Assembly: GCF_009914755.1 (NCBI RefSeq)
Contig: NC_060928.1
Strand: one strand, 5' to 3'
Length of the DNA stretch: 64,000 nucleotides
Origin: the human T2T-CHM13v2.0 reference genome, Homo sapiens
In this document: positions 1 to 11,902 of the stretch, in pieces
Numbering within the stretch: the first letter of the stretch is position 1
Layout of the letters: every line of letters starts with the position of its first letter
Position numbers and translations under genes: made by a program
Notes under the pieces: generated by a model
Seen by the model: the letters and a program-made list of their open reading frames with translations, nothing else
Database searches by the model: none
What the model was told of the DNA's origin: nothing

Positions 1-1220
1 CATTCATTAGTAATTTCCCATTTCCCCTTCACCAGCACCTGGCAACTGCCAATCTACTGTTTGCTTCTATGGTTTGATTATTTTAGATACTTCATGTAAG
101 TGAGATCCTGCAGTATTTATTCTGTGACCAGCTTATTTTACTCAGCATGGTATGCTCAAGGCCTATCAATGTCACATATTGCAGAATTTACTTCTTTTTA
201 ACTGAATTATAGTGCGTTGTATGTACATACCATGTTATATTTATCTATTCATCTGTTGATGAACATTATGTTGTTTCCGCATCTTGGCTATTGTGAATAA
301 TGCTGCAATAAACATGGAAGTTGTAATATGTCTTTGAGATCCTGAATTCAGTTTATTAAGTGAAATGGCTGGATTATATGTTAGTTTTACTTTCAATTTT
401 TTGAGAAACCTCCATACTGTTTTCCATAACATCACCATTTTACATTATCATTTTACATTACCACCAATAGCATACAATAGTTCAAATTTTTCCATATTCT
501 CACCAATACTTGTCTTTTGTGTTTTTCATAATAACCATCTTGACAGGTGTAAGGTAATATGTCATTGTGGTTTTGATCTGCATTTCCTTGATGATTAGTG
601 ATGTTGAGAATTATCATATTCTTTTTGTCCATTTGTATGTCTTCTTTGGAAAAAACATCTATTCAGATCCTTAGCCCACTTTTTAATTGCCCTGTTAGCT
701 TTTTTGTTATTGAGTGGTGGGAGTTTCTTATATATCTTGGAGATTAACCCATGGTCAGATATATGGTTTGCAAATATTTCTCCCATTCTATAGGTTGCCT
801 TTTCACTCTATTGATTGTTTCCTTTGCTGTAGAGCAGCTCTTTATTTTATATAGTCCTATTGTTTAATGTTGCTTTTGTTGCCTGTGCTTTTGGTGTCAT
901 ATCCATGAAATGATTGCAAGAACAATGTTGCAAAGTATTTCTTCTATGTTTTCTTCTAGGAGTTTCACAGTTTCAAGTTATTTGTTTAATCTTTGATTCA
1001 TTTTAAATTTCTTTTTGTGGATGGTTTGAGAAAAGGGTCCAATTTTACTCTTTTGCCTGATATCCAGTTTTCCCAACACCACTGTTGAAGAGACTATTGT
1101 TTTCCCATTGTGTATTCTTGGCACCCTTGTTGAAGATCAACTGACCATATATACATAGATTTCTTTCCAGGTTCTTTATTTTGTTCCATTAGTCAAAATA
1201 TCTGTCTTTCTGTTAGTACT
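1..1220 (-). mobile_element. Old L1 (L1MA/L1MB-type) 3' ORF2 and 3' UTR fragment
   Basis: Minus-strand ORFs 241-438 and 595-786 match the L1 ORF2 C-terminus ([41 protein letters not shown]). Heavily diverged. Confidence 0.9.
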
Positions 1221-1277
1221 GAATTAGTCCAATAAGATCATGTTGTTTTGGCCCTGTTTTGCCTTGTGTTATTCAGA

Positions 1278-1372
1278 TCTCCCTCCCTCCCTCCCTTTTG
1301 CCATCTTTCCCTACTGCCCTCCCTCTTTTCCTCTCTTTCTTCCTCCCTTCCTTCCTTCATTTCTCTTTTCAT
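1278..1372. repeat. CT-rich low-complexity tract
   Basis: ctccctccctccctccc...cttccttc polypyrimidine run. Confidence 0.8.
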
Positions 1373-1716
1373 TCATCTGTATTGTTCTAATTGTACCTAA
1401 TTTTGTTCTAAAGATTAGAACTACTATACTCTCACTGAACAAACACAAAGCAAAACAACTCTAGGAATAGGCAGATTAAAATATGTTTGATGATGTTGTG
1501 CTACCTTGTAAAACTCCTTGAAGATACTATGACTTTATTTTACTAATTTAATTGTGTATACATACATTTGAATAGTAGCATATGCATGAGACAGATTATT
1601 TGTTCCAGAGACAGTGTTTCATTTGCAGATTCCTTGTAATAACTCTATTCTCAAAACTCCTCTGTCCTACACACCCACATTGAGTTTATTAGCCAGTTGC
1701 TAACCAGTGATCCAGG

Positions 1717-2034
1717 CCAGCAGTTAGCAAACTAAGTCCAGGGAGCACAAAACAGCGTGTTTTTGTACAGCCTATGAGATAAGAATATTTTTACATGTTT
1801 AAATGGTTGAAAAAAAAGAATATTTTGTGATATGTAAACATTATGTAAAATTCTAGCGTCAGTGTCCAGACATAAAATTGTATTGGAATATAGCTATGTT
1901 CAGTTGTTTATGTAGTGTTTATGACTGCTTTCCCCTACAACAGCAAGGACAAATAGTTGCAACACAAACCATAAGATCTGCAAAGCCTAAATACTTACTG
2001 TCTGACCCATTACAGAGAAAGTTTGCCACCCCTT
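1717..2034 (+). mobile_element. MER58B hAT-Charlie DNA transposon
   Basis: Resembles recalled MER58B: gttagcaaact...tgtttttgtacag...aaatggttgaaaaaaa...caaagcctaaa...agagaaagtttgccacccc. Confidence 0.85.
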
Positions 2035-4546
2035 GATCTAGGCTTTGTTGTAGGCATAAGAAACTCACAACATCTGAATAATTGAGAGTGGGTGTTTTCT
2101 ACTGGCTATAGAAAATTCACTTATTGGACGTTGGAGTTAATTGCAGAACATTATGTGTATTTTTTGTTTTTGTTGCTGTTTTAAGATATAAAATATTCAT
2201 GTTAAAATAAGTGAAGAAACAAAAGCACTTCTGTCCTTGTGTAGTGTAGGTCATGAACTTCAGCAGCATTCATGGTGAGAGAAGAAAGGGGTTCAGCCAG
2301 GCACCCGCAGCTAGAAGCTATTTCTGGGTTCCTGGTTGTAGGGTCATTGGCATATGCCTGAGGGACTGATATTCTAGAAAGCTACATCTAGAGGTCTCTT
2401 CTTTGACACTGAAGACTTTGGAACTCAGATTATTGTTGCAACATACATTTTCTCATTTTCTTTTCCTAATTTATCCATTTTCTGTTACTAAATTGTTGTT
2501 AATTTTATCTTACTTGAAACAGAAGATTCTTTACATTACTCATCATGAACATTTGTAATTTTTTAATTTTGGTTCTCACCAACTTTTAATTTTTTAATGT
2601 AAAGACACTATTTGGGTTAGAAAAATGATTCAAAATTCAGTGAAAGTGTTTAAACTTGTGTCTGAATGGGAAAATGTAAAGGTAGAAACCTAATGATTAT
2701 AAATCAAAGTATATTTTCCTCTTTTTGGTGATATAAGGTGTTATTCTGAGATACGTGCACAGTGCAGAATATTCATAATCATGTCAATCATCTTGGAAAG
2801 TAAGCTTGCCTATATAGTGGTGGGAAGAAAAGGGATATTTTTCATGGATACAACAATCAACTAAAATATAACTACTGAATATCCACAGAGAATTAACTAA
2901 TGAACTATCTAGTTGGCCAAAATTGCTTCCAGCAAGGAGGCACAGTGATTGATTTTATAAGATTGTAAATTTGGGGAAATTATTTGCAAAGACAACAGTT
3001 CAGCCAGAAAGATTCAGATTAGCTAGATTTAGTTTAGAAGAAGTTTAATGGAATGTAATCAGATAGGAGAAGCTGAGATTAATATAGTAAAATAGCTCCA
3101 TTTCCCCTACAATCATCACAAGACTGCTTTTCACACAAGGAAAATGATAACTATTTGTGGCATGACACATTAGGGTAGAACGGAGGGCAGTTAGAAGCTT
3201 AGAGCAGGCTGCTCCCAGTCAGATGATGTTCTTACCACCTCATGCCCTGCCCAGCTGCCCTGAGGGAAGAGGGATCTACTTGGCACACTGGTTGGGGAGC
3301 TCTTGGCTAGAAAAGGTTCATTGATTGGAATATATCTCACTCTGTATATGAAACCTTTTCTCACCAATTCTATTTATATTGAACTCCCCCTTTTCTAAAT
3401 CTATAATAGACATTGTTTCAGACAATCAAGAAGTAAAAATTAGTCTTAAAATATTCTCAAGTTTTTAAAATGTGCATTATTCATCCCCTAGTTGATACTG
3501 ATATCTCCTTGTGAGCAGTGATGATTGTATTTCATGTTGTCCAAAATACATAGCACATGCTGGACAAAGATAAGGGATTTATTTTTGTTTTTACTTTTAT
3601 TTAGTTCAAACACATTTGGAGTTTATTTTTCACTTCTGTAACATCCAAAATTGCTGTTCCTAATTGATTGGTGATTCTCCCTCCCAGTGTTGATTCTGAA
3701 ACTCGGGATTTTTAAAATTTTCCTTATGTATTATTTATACTCTATTACTTCCCCCAAAAGATTTGAATTGGCTTATAATAATAGACATAATAAGACCATT
3801 AAGTAGTGATTTTTTTAAAAAGCAAAAATAAGAGCCATGATACATATTGAAATGATTGCATTATAAGTACCAGGCATTTCACTACAGAATTTAGTTCTGA
3901 GTTTCCCAGCAAAAAAGGTCTGGAGAGTTCGCAGTATCACTAGATTCTGGCTGTAACTCATGGGCAGAAAGGTCAGCCCATCCCCTGTTTTCGTAGCGTT
4001 CTGTGCAACGGTGCACAAGGTCTGGGTCCATTTGGACACATCACAGGATTTTGCTCCTGACAAGGGGCCCTGCTTCATTATTGCTCTCCTTCTCTATGAG
4101 ACGAAAATAAAGACAGCTTTTTTGGTGAAGAATAATCAGTTTGCAAATAGCTAGCATTTGGCCACCTTGTGGGGATTGGGTGTGAGTTTCTAAGAGGAGT
4201 TGGGCAGGGAACTTTGGGTCCAACTAGCTCTCTGTTTCTAGGTCGTACATCCTTCTGTTGCACTATATGTCTGAATCAAATAGGGAAGTGTGAATAATTT
4301 TATAATTTTCATTACACTAAAAGTGAAAGTATGAGAGTTTACCAGGAAAGATACATTTTCTCCATAACTGGATGCAAGACTACTTTATCACAAGTAGAAA
4401 TACAACCTATACTTCTCTAAGGTGCTAATATGGTCAAATTATCACCACATAGGTAGAGTCAAGTAAGATGCCCTGATCATAGATTCTCAAAGATTATTTC
4501 ATAACATAATGAACAAATACTTTAACAGTAGTTATATTTAAGTTAC

Positions 4547-5019
4547 TGTGAAGGTTATGTGTCAACTTGATTGGGTTAAGAGATAGCCAGATAGCTGATA
4601 AAACATTTCTGGGTGTTTCTGTGATGGTACTTCCAGAAGAGATTAGCATTTGAATCAGTAGATTGAGTAAAAGTCACTGTCACCAATGTGAGAAGCCATC
4701 ATCCAATCCACTGAGGGCCTGAGTGGATGAAAAATCATAGGAAGTGTGAATTTGCTCTCTCTTTTTTAGCTGGGACATCCATTTTCTCTTGTTTTTTGTC
4801 ATTGGAGCTCCTGGTTCTTGGGCCTTTGGACTCTGACTTAATTACATTCTCAGCATTCTTGGTTTTCTAGCTTGTAGAGGGCTTGCTAGCTTTCAGAGGG
4901 CATATAGTTGGACTTCTTGGCCCTCAAAATCATATGAGCCAATTCTTAGAATAAATTTCTTCATGTAATCTATATATATTGTATTGGTTCTATATCTCTG
5001 TAGAACCTTGACTAATACA
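4547..5019 (+). mobile_element. MLT2B-type ERVL solo LTR
   Basis: TG...CA ends. tgtgtcaacttgattgggttaag, ttccagaagagattagcatttgaatcagtag and tattggttctatatctctgtagaaccttgactaataca are typical MLT2 motifs. Confidence 0.85.
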
Positions 5020-5361
5020 GATACAAAACTCTGACCAATGTGACCAAGACCCACATTTCAAGTTACTGTTCTGTAAGAAATTGCCATGGAGAAATAAAGC
5101 AGAGGAATAATGGGATGTAACTTTCTGGCCTCTGGCTTCTTTCATACTTGAACCTGGATAATATAATGAATAGTACATCCTCGAGACTACTCATTTCAAG
5201 TAGTAATTATTTCTAAGATAATGTAGTCTCTAGATTAATTCAATAAGCTTTTATTCTGCTTTTAGCCTGCTATTCTTGCTAAGGTTAAGTAGGGACAATT
5301 TAGAATTTTAGGTGCTAGATGAGTCCCTAAAGTGCAGGTACTTAGTATTGTTGATTTAGAT

Positions 5362-5440
5362 CTGAGGTCAACCAATTTTTTTCTGTAAAAGCCAGAGAGT
5401 AGATATTTTTAGGCTTTGTAAGTCATATGTCTCTGTCAAA
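5362..5440 (+). mobile_element. MER58A 5' fragment
   Basis: ttttttctgtaaaagccagagagtagatatttttaggctttg...tctctgtc matches the recalled MER58A start. Confidence 0.65.
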
Positions 5441-5519
5441 AAAAAATCTGCCTATGCAGAGGGAGGTATTGTGGGGCATCAGATGTGTCTTCTCTGCTTG
5501 CATTATTTGTTTTGACTCT

Positions 5520-5595
5520 GCTGGCAATCTTAGGAGATATATACCGTATTATAATATACCATTTTACACATGAGGAAACAGAGCAACAGAGAACT
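5520..5595 (-). mobile_element. MIR fragment
   Basis: ccattttacacatgaggaaacagagc, the MIR core in antisense. Confidence 0.6.
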
Positions 5596-6599
5596 CCATA
5601 GCAATCAAAACATTTCAACACCCCTATGGAACTCACTGTAATTGGATCTGTCTTATCACTATTTTCTTTAAGATTAAGAATTGTACCCGTTATACTAATG
5701 GGGGTCCAGTCAACAGTAGTAGTCTTCACCCCAGGAAACACTTTTATCTCAAGAAAAGCTAATTGCTTGTTTTATTTTTATGATGAATTATTTATTCATG
5801 ATTTGCCCAACATATTTGAGATTATTAAGGGCTTTCTTATTATTAGCTCATTTTATTTCATATATGAGGTTAAGGGACTTTTATCAGCCTAATTCCATAA
5901 GTGTTCCTACCTGTATAGGGCAAGAAGCTTGGTGTGTTTCACCTTCCCATCCGTGTTCTTGTCCTGCCTGGAATGTTCACCTAATCTTTCATCCAACAGA
6001 CATGCTTTACAGAGTCATGGTGAATCATCTGTGAACTCTTTATCCACAGATCAGTCCCTTTGCCCCAGCTTGCCCTGGCTGTAGCAGTCTCTAGAATAGA
6101 CTGGCAGCTCTCTCCAAGACTGCTTTCAGGACTAAGCCCTCCCGACTACTTCCTTGTCTCCTGTTCCACAGTTTCCTTTGCTTCCTCCATACGGCCACAA
6201 ACAAGCATTTGAATCAGTCTGAAACCTTGCCACTGGGCAAGGGTTTATGCATCTGTGTCACAGCACATTGTAACTTCCTCATTAACTCATTAACATTCCA
6301 TCTAATTAACGTATATAACTTCAGAAATGTTTTTAAAAGTCTCCTAAAAATTAGCTAGAAAACTGGACAAGTAGATGAGCCAATAATTTGTGACAGAACA
6401 TATCTAGTTTTGTAATGTCTATGATCTACTTCAGCAGATTTGACCATATCTACTATCTTTAATTGAAGTGTCTGGCGCATGGCAGGCAACTATCTACATA
6501 ACCAATGACTTTGAAATCAATGATTGATTATAGTACCTTTTAAAAGTAATTTTAAATAATCTCCCAAGGATCCAAATTCAAGTTCAAATTTAATTACAT

Positions 6600-7172
6600 G
6601 ACTTCTGTTTCTGTCTATGATGCAATAGATTACATCAACCTAATTCTCTTACTGAGAACAATGGTAGAATCTGGTTTCCTCAAGTATAGATATTTCTGAG
6701 TTCCATTTCTCAAGAGGATAATTCTGAAAATTATTCAGGCTCATGCTTAATATGGGAATTGGTGGAAACCTGGGCTATGTCAGGCAGGAGGAGGAGTCTG
6801 GGTAGGGATGGGAATAGTGACTTTTTTTATAGACATTCAGTTATTTATCTTTCTTTTAGCTCTATTTCTCCTCCCATTCAGAAGTATGGGTCTTTCTATT
6901 CCTAAACATTCTGGATTCTGTTTTTGACTTGGCTGGTTTCCTTTGATTCCTCCCTCTGGAAGTTTAAATTTCAGCTTTATTATTCAGCCAAGACAGCTTC
7001 TACTTGTCATCTTCCATTTTCCAAAATTTTGACATCATTGTCTATTCTACTATTCTAGAATTCTTTGTCTTGTGGATTCATATTTTTAAATTATTTTACT
7101 CTTATTTTAGTAGGATCTCAGGAGGGAGCAAGCATATGTGATTTGATCTGCTATTTTTTAACTGGAAGACTC
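6600..7172. mobile_element. Ancient L1M/HAL1-like 5' end fragments
   Basis: gacttctgtttctg at 6600 and tctgctattttttaactggaagac near 7150 resemble old L1M 5' termini. Very degraded. Confidence 0.4.
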
Positions 7173-7230
7173 CACTTCTTTTCTTATTTTTAAAAATTAT
7201 TCTTTTGTATGGACTCTATTTTGTTTGTCT

Positions 7231-7538
7231 TTGGTTTTGTTTGTTTTTTAGAAAGATAAGGTATTGCTCTATCTCCTAGGGTAGAGTTCAGTGGTGTGAT
7301 AGTAGCTCACTGAAGCCTTGACCTCCGGGGCTCAAACAATCCTCTTGCCTTAGCTGCCAGAGTAGTTGGGACTACAGAACCATGTCACCAGCCTCAGCTA
7401 ATTTTTCTATTTTTTATTTTGTAAAGAAGGGGTCTCGCTATGTTGCCCAGGCTGGTCTTGAACACCTGGGCTTAAGCAATCCTCATGCCTGGGCCTCACT
7501 GAGACTGGGATTACAGGCATGAGCCAACATGCCTGGAC
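7231..7538 (-). mobile_element. AluJ (Jo-like)
   Basis: Two-arm Alu with J diagnostics (gctcaaacaatcctc, ggtctcgctatgttgccc). Approximate target-site duplication tattttgtt(t)gtcttt. Confidence 0.92.
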
Positions 7539-7846
7539 TATTTTGTTGTCTTTATATTTGTAATGATAAGAATGGTAAATGTCCTTTTAATATTATATTA
7601 CAAAAAGTACTAACATCAAAATTATTATAGTATTTCTCAATATTTCCTATGTAAAATTAGAAGATGAGTACATTTTTTCTCTTTTGAACAACTTTCCATA
7701 TTTTAATTATAATATTTAATTTTAAATTAGACACTGATGATAATGATGCTTTCTGTGGTCATGATTGCTTCATCTGTTTCATTCACATATTAAATTCCTA
7801 CTTTTTCCCTAGGTTCCCTAAGTCATCTTATAAAAGAAAATGCTCC

Positions 7847-8130
7847 TTTTTTTTTTTTTTTTTTGAGGTGGAGTTGCACTCAGGCTGGAGTGCAATGGCA
7901 CGATCTCAGCTCACTGAAACCTCTGCCTCCCAGGTTCAAGCGATTCTCCTGCTTCAGCTTCCTGAGGATTATAGATGTGCACCACCACACCCAGCTAATT
8001 TTGTATTTTTAGTAGAGACAGGGTTTCACCATGTTGGCCAGGTTAGTCTTGAACTCCTGACCTCAGGCGATCCACCCACCTCGGCTTCCCAAAGTGCTGG
8101 GATTACAGGTGTGAGTCACCATGCCTGGCC
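7847..8130 (-). mobile_element. AluS (Sq/Sp-like)
   Basis: Poly-T tail, tgcaatggc, gacctcaggcgatcc, ends cctggcc. Flanked by aatgctc repeats. Confidence 0.93.
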
Positions 8131-8199
8131 ACAGAATGCTCTTAAGTATCTTTTAATCTGTAGTTTCCCTCTTCATTCATTAATTTGTTGTACAATATT

Positions 8200-9550
8200 T
8201 CCCACAATCTGAATTTCTCTGTTTTCCATATTCCCAGTATACTGGTGGTTAGACGGTCTTGAGCTGACTGAGTTAAACTTTTGGTGAAGGTAATTCATAC
8301 ACAGAATTGTGTTATTCTATCAGGAGGTACGACATGGCTGGTGGTTCCTTTTCAATGACGCTAACTGCAGTTGATGATTGTCTTGACTCAATAGGGTTTG
8401 CAAATGGTCATCTTCCAAGTCTCTAATTCCTTTTTAATTTATTAGTTGGAATAGTTCTATTACAGATAAACTTTTCCTCAGTAAATGTTTCATTATTCAG
8501 TCGTATAATTTGAATAGAAAGAAGGGTAAGATAAGCACCTTCAATGGACTGAAGTTTGTGTCCCCCTGCAGCCAAATTCATATGTTGAAATTCTAATCCC
8601 CAATGTGATGATATTAAGAGGTGGGGCTTTGGGGAAGTAATTAGGTCATGAAGGTGTAAGTCTCGTGAATGGATTAGGGCCCTGATGAAAGGCATCACTG
8701 AGAGCTGTCTTCTCCTCCTCCTGCCATGTCGGGATACAATTAAAGGTCAGCTGTCTGCAAACTGGAAGAGGGCACTCACCAGAACTGGACCTTGCTGGCA
8801 TGCTGATCTTGGATGCCCAGCCATCAGAGCTATAAGAAGTAAATTTCTGTTGTTTATAAGCCACCCAGTCTGTAGTACTTTGTTACAGTACCATGTGGCT
8901 CAAATTGATTAAGCCAACACCTGATTTTTTCCCTTTGTCAGTTTTAAAACTGATGAACTGATTACCAGAAGTGTCTACCACTGAACAATTAGCACGGTTT
9001 GCTGTTGTTCTTTGTTTTAGTATTATCATATTTAAGGCAGTTGCTATCCTTATAAAATTATACCTTCTTTAGCCAGTGCCAGCCCTATTGGGTTTGATCC
9101 TAGTAGTGTTTGATAATGCCTTGTTACATGTTATGACAAAATGTCCCAGACTCATCTTGTGTATTTCCTACTATACATTTAAAATCAGCCATAATTTCAA
9201 GGATACCTAGTAACTTTTAGTTGAAAATTGTATTTTCAAGACAACTTGTGAACTCTCCTACTGGGTTTGTCATAAATTATAGGTCTTTCCAATGGACAGA
9301 GCTAGGGAATGTGTTTTATAAAAATATTTTAAGAAAAAATGTATTATGTCATGAAGTCATACTATTTCCAATTAAAATTTTAGATACATAGAGTTTTTTT
9401 CAACCTCTACTACCTTACTGTATGCACTTTCCCCCACATCAAGATTCCTATTTCTAATGACACTGGGAATTATAAGAATTAGAATATCACAAAACTACTA
9501 ACTGGCTGAATCCTACTACACATAGAACTGCACACATACATAGAGACACA
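8200..9550 (-). mobile_element. Old L1MC/L1ME 3' region interrupted by MLT1A
   Basis: tgtcccagactcatcttgtgtatttcc...aaaatcagccat is antisense to the L1MC-like sequence seen in sense at 14460-14490. Confidence 0.55.
8541..8915 (+). mobile_element. MLT1A-type MaLR solo LTR
   Basis: aaattcatatgttgaaattctaatccccaatgtgatg...ggtggggctttggg...aaatttctgttgtttataagccacccagtctg. Confidence 0.88.
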
Positions 9551-9595
9551 GAAACACAAAGGATTCAGAAAATATCAAAACTATTGTGAATAATA

Positions 9596-11902
9596 TGTTT
9601 TAGGTTGGGCTTCTTAGAAACAAAACCTGACATGGGGAATTGTTTTGCATGTGATCTACTGAGGATTGATTTGGGGGAAAGTTGCAAGGAAATTAGGAAA
9701 ACAAAACAGTGCATGGGGAAGAAACCAGGCAAAGATACAGTTTCTTGGGAAGTTAATGCCTAATTCTGATACTGTGGAGTACTCTGGAGCATGAATTACA
9801 CTACAGAGGTTGTCTCACCAGAGGCAGGCAATGAGGGGCTAAGATATTATACCCACTTGCAGTCGTTGGTTATAGCTCAATCCTAATGGGAGTAAGTGCT
9901 TCAGTTCCAAGGCATTTCTACATCAGGTGACTCACATCAGCCAAGGGCAATTCTCTGCAGAAAGCCAGAGGTATGAAACACTGAAAGCCAAAATTTGCCA
10001 CACTGTCTTCCACAATGGTTCAGCTAATTTACACTCCCACCAACAGTGTAAAAGCCTTCCTTTTTCTCCACAATCGCACCAGCATCTGTTGTTTTTTGGC
10101 TTTTTAATAATAGCCATTCTGACTGGGGTGAGATGGTATCTCAATATGGATTTGATTTGCATTTCTCTAATGATCAGTAATGTTGAGCTTTTTTTTTATA
10201 TGTTTGTTGGTTGCATGTATGTTGTATTCTGAGAAGTGTCTGTTGATGTCTTTTGCCCACTTTTCAATGGGTTGTTAGATTTTTTCTTTTAAATTTGTTA
10301 AAGTTCCTTATAGATTCTGGATATTAGACCTTTGTCAGATAAATACACTGCAAAATTTTTCTCCCATTCTGTAGTTTGTTGGTTTCCTCTGTTAATTTTT
10401 TTCTTTTCTTTTTTTTTTTTTCTGTGCAGAAGCTCTTTAGTTTAATTAGATCCCATTTGTTAATTTTTGCTTTTGTTGCAATTGCTTTTGGCATTTTCAT
10501 CATGAAATCTTTGCCCATGCCTATGTCCTAAATGGTATATTGCCTAGGTTTTCTAGAGTTTTTATGGTTTGATTTTAACATTTAAGTCTTTATTCCATCT
10601 TGAGTTGATTTTTGCTTATGGTGTAAGGAAGGGGTCTAGTTACAGTTTTCTGTATATGGCTAGCCAGTTTTCCCAGCACAATTTATTACATAGGGAATCC
10701 TTTCCTCATAGCTTGTCTTTGTCAGGTTTGTCAAAGATCAGATGATTGTAGTTGTGTGGTCTTATTTCTGGATTCCCTATTCTGTTCCATTTGTCTATGT
10801 GTCTGTTCTTGTTCCAGTACCATGCTGTTTTGGTTACTGTAGCCCTGCAGTATAATTTGAAGTGGGGTAGCATTATGTCTCGGCTTTGTTCTTTTTGCTT
10901 AAGATTGCCTTGTCTATTCAGGGTCTTTGTTGCTTCCACATGAATTTTAAATTCTGTGAGGAATTTCAATGGTAGTTTAATGGGAATGGCATTGAATCTA
11001 TAAATTTATAAATTACTTTGGGCAGTATGGCCATTTTCATGATATTGATTCTTCCTATCTAAGAGCATGAAATGTTTTCCCACTTGTTTGTGTCATCTCT
11101 ATATTATCTGAGCAGTGGTTTGTAGTTTTCCTTGAAGATATCCTTCACTTCCCTTGTTAGCTGTATTCCTAGGTATTTTATTCTCTTTGTGGCAATTGTG
11201 TATGGGAGTTCGTTTGTGATTTGGCTCTCAGCCTAGAGGCAGAAATACCATTTGACTCAGCAATCCCATTACTGGGTATGTAATCAAAGGAATATAAATG
11301 ATTTTATTATAAAGATATATGCACATGTGTGTTCATTACAGCACTATTCGTGCAAAGACATGGAATCAACCTAAATCCCCATCAGTGATAGACTGGATAA
11401 GGAAAATGTGGTACATATACACCATGAAATTTTGTGCTGCCATAAAAAGGAATGAGATCATGTCCTTGGCAGGGACATGGATGGAGCTGGAGGCCACTAT
11501 CCTTAGCAAATTAACGCAGTAACAGAAAACCAAATACTATGCATTCTCACTTATAAGTGGAAGCTTAATGATGAGAACACATGGACACATGTGGGGGAAC
11601 AACACACACTGGTGCCTGTCTGAAGGTGAGGGATGGGATCAAAGAGAGCATCAGGGAGAAGAAATAATGGATTCTGGGCTTAATACCTGGGTGATGGGAT
11701 GATCTCTGCAGCAACCACCATGACACACATTTATCTCTGTAACAAACCTGCAGACCCCACACATGTACTGCTGAGCTTAAAATAAAAGTTGGAAATGAAG
11801 TGAAATAAAATAAAATAAAGGCCACAATTAACCACAGCTGAAAGACGGTTGCACTGGCCTAGTAAATGGGATCTGGGCAGCATGCCAACAATATCTGTAG
11901 CA
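9596..11902 (-). mobile_element. Old MLT1 (I/J/K-like) LTR split by an L1 insertion (LTR parts 9596-9995 and 11820-11902)
   Basis: ttaggttgggcttcttagaaacaaaacctga start and ggatctgggcagcatgccaacaatatctgtagca end, followed directly by MaLR internal sequence. Confidence 0.7.
9996..11819 (+). mobile_element. 5'-truncated, 5'-inverted L1PA (older primate subfamily). 9996-11232 inverted, 11233-11819 sense
   Basis: Minus ORFs carry [15 protein letters not shown]-like and [12 protein letters not shown] motifs. The plus segment has KTWNQPK...WMELE, a 3' UTR and an (aaata)n tail. Degenerate duplication aaagccaaaatt / aaggccacaatt. Confidence 0.92.

Noticed and set aside
4867-4901. 19-bp tandem duplication in MLT2 and a 13-bp one near 436-460
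   Set aside because: Ordinary slippage-size events in old repeats.
7868-8212. 114-aa ORF and similar ORFs at 17240, 26365, 31302, 35226, 48623 and 61945
   Set aside because: They are translations of antisense Alu sequence.
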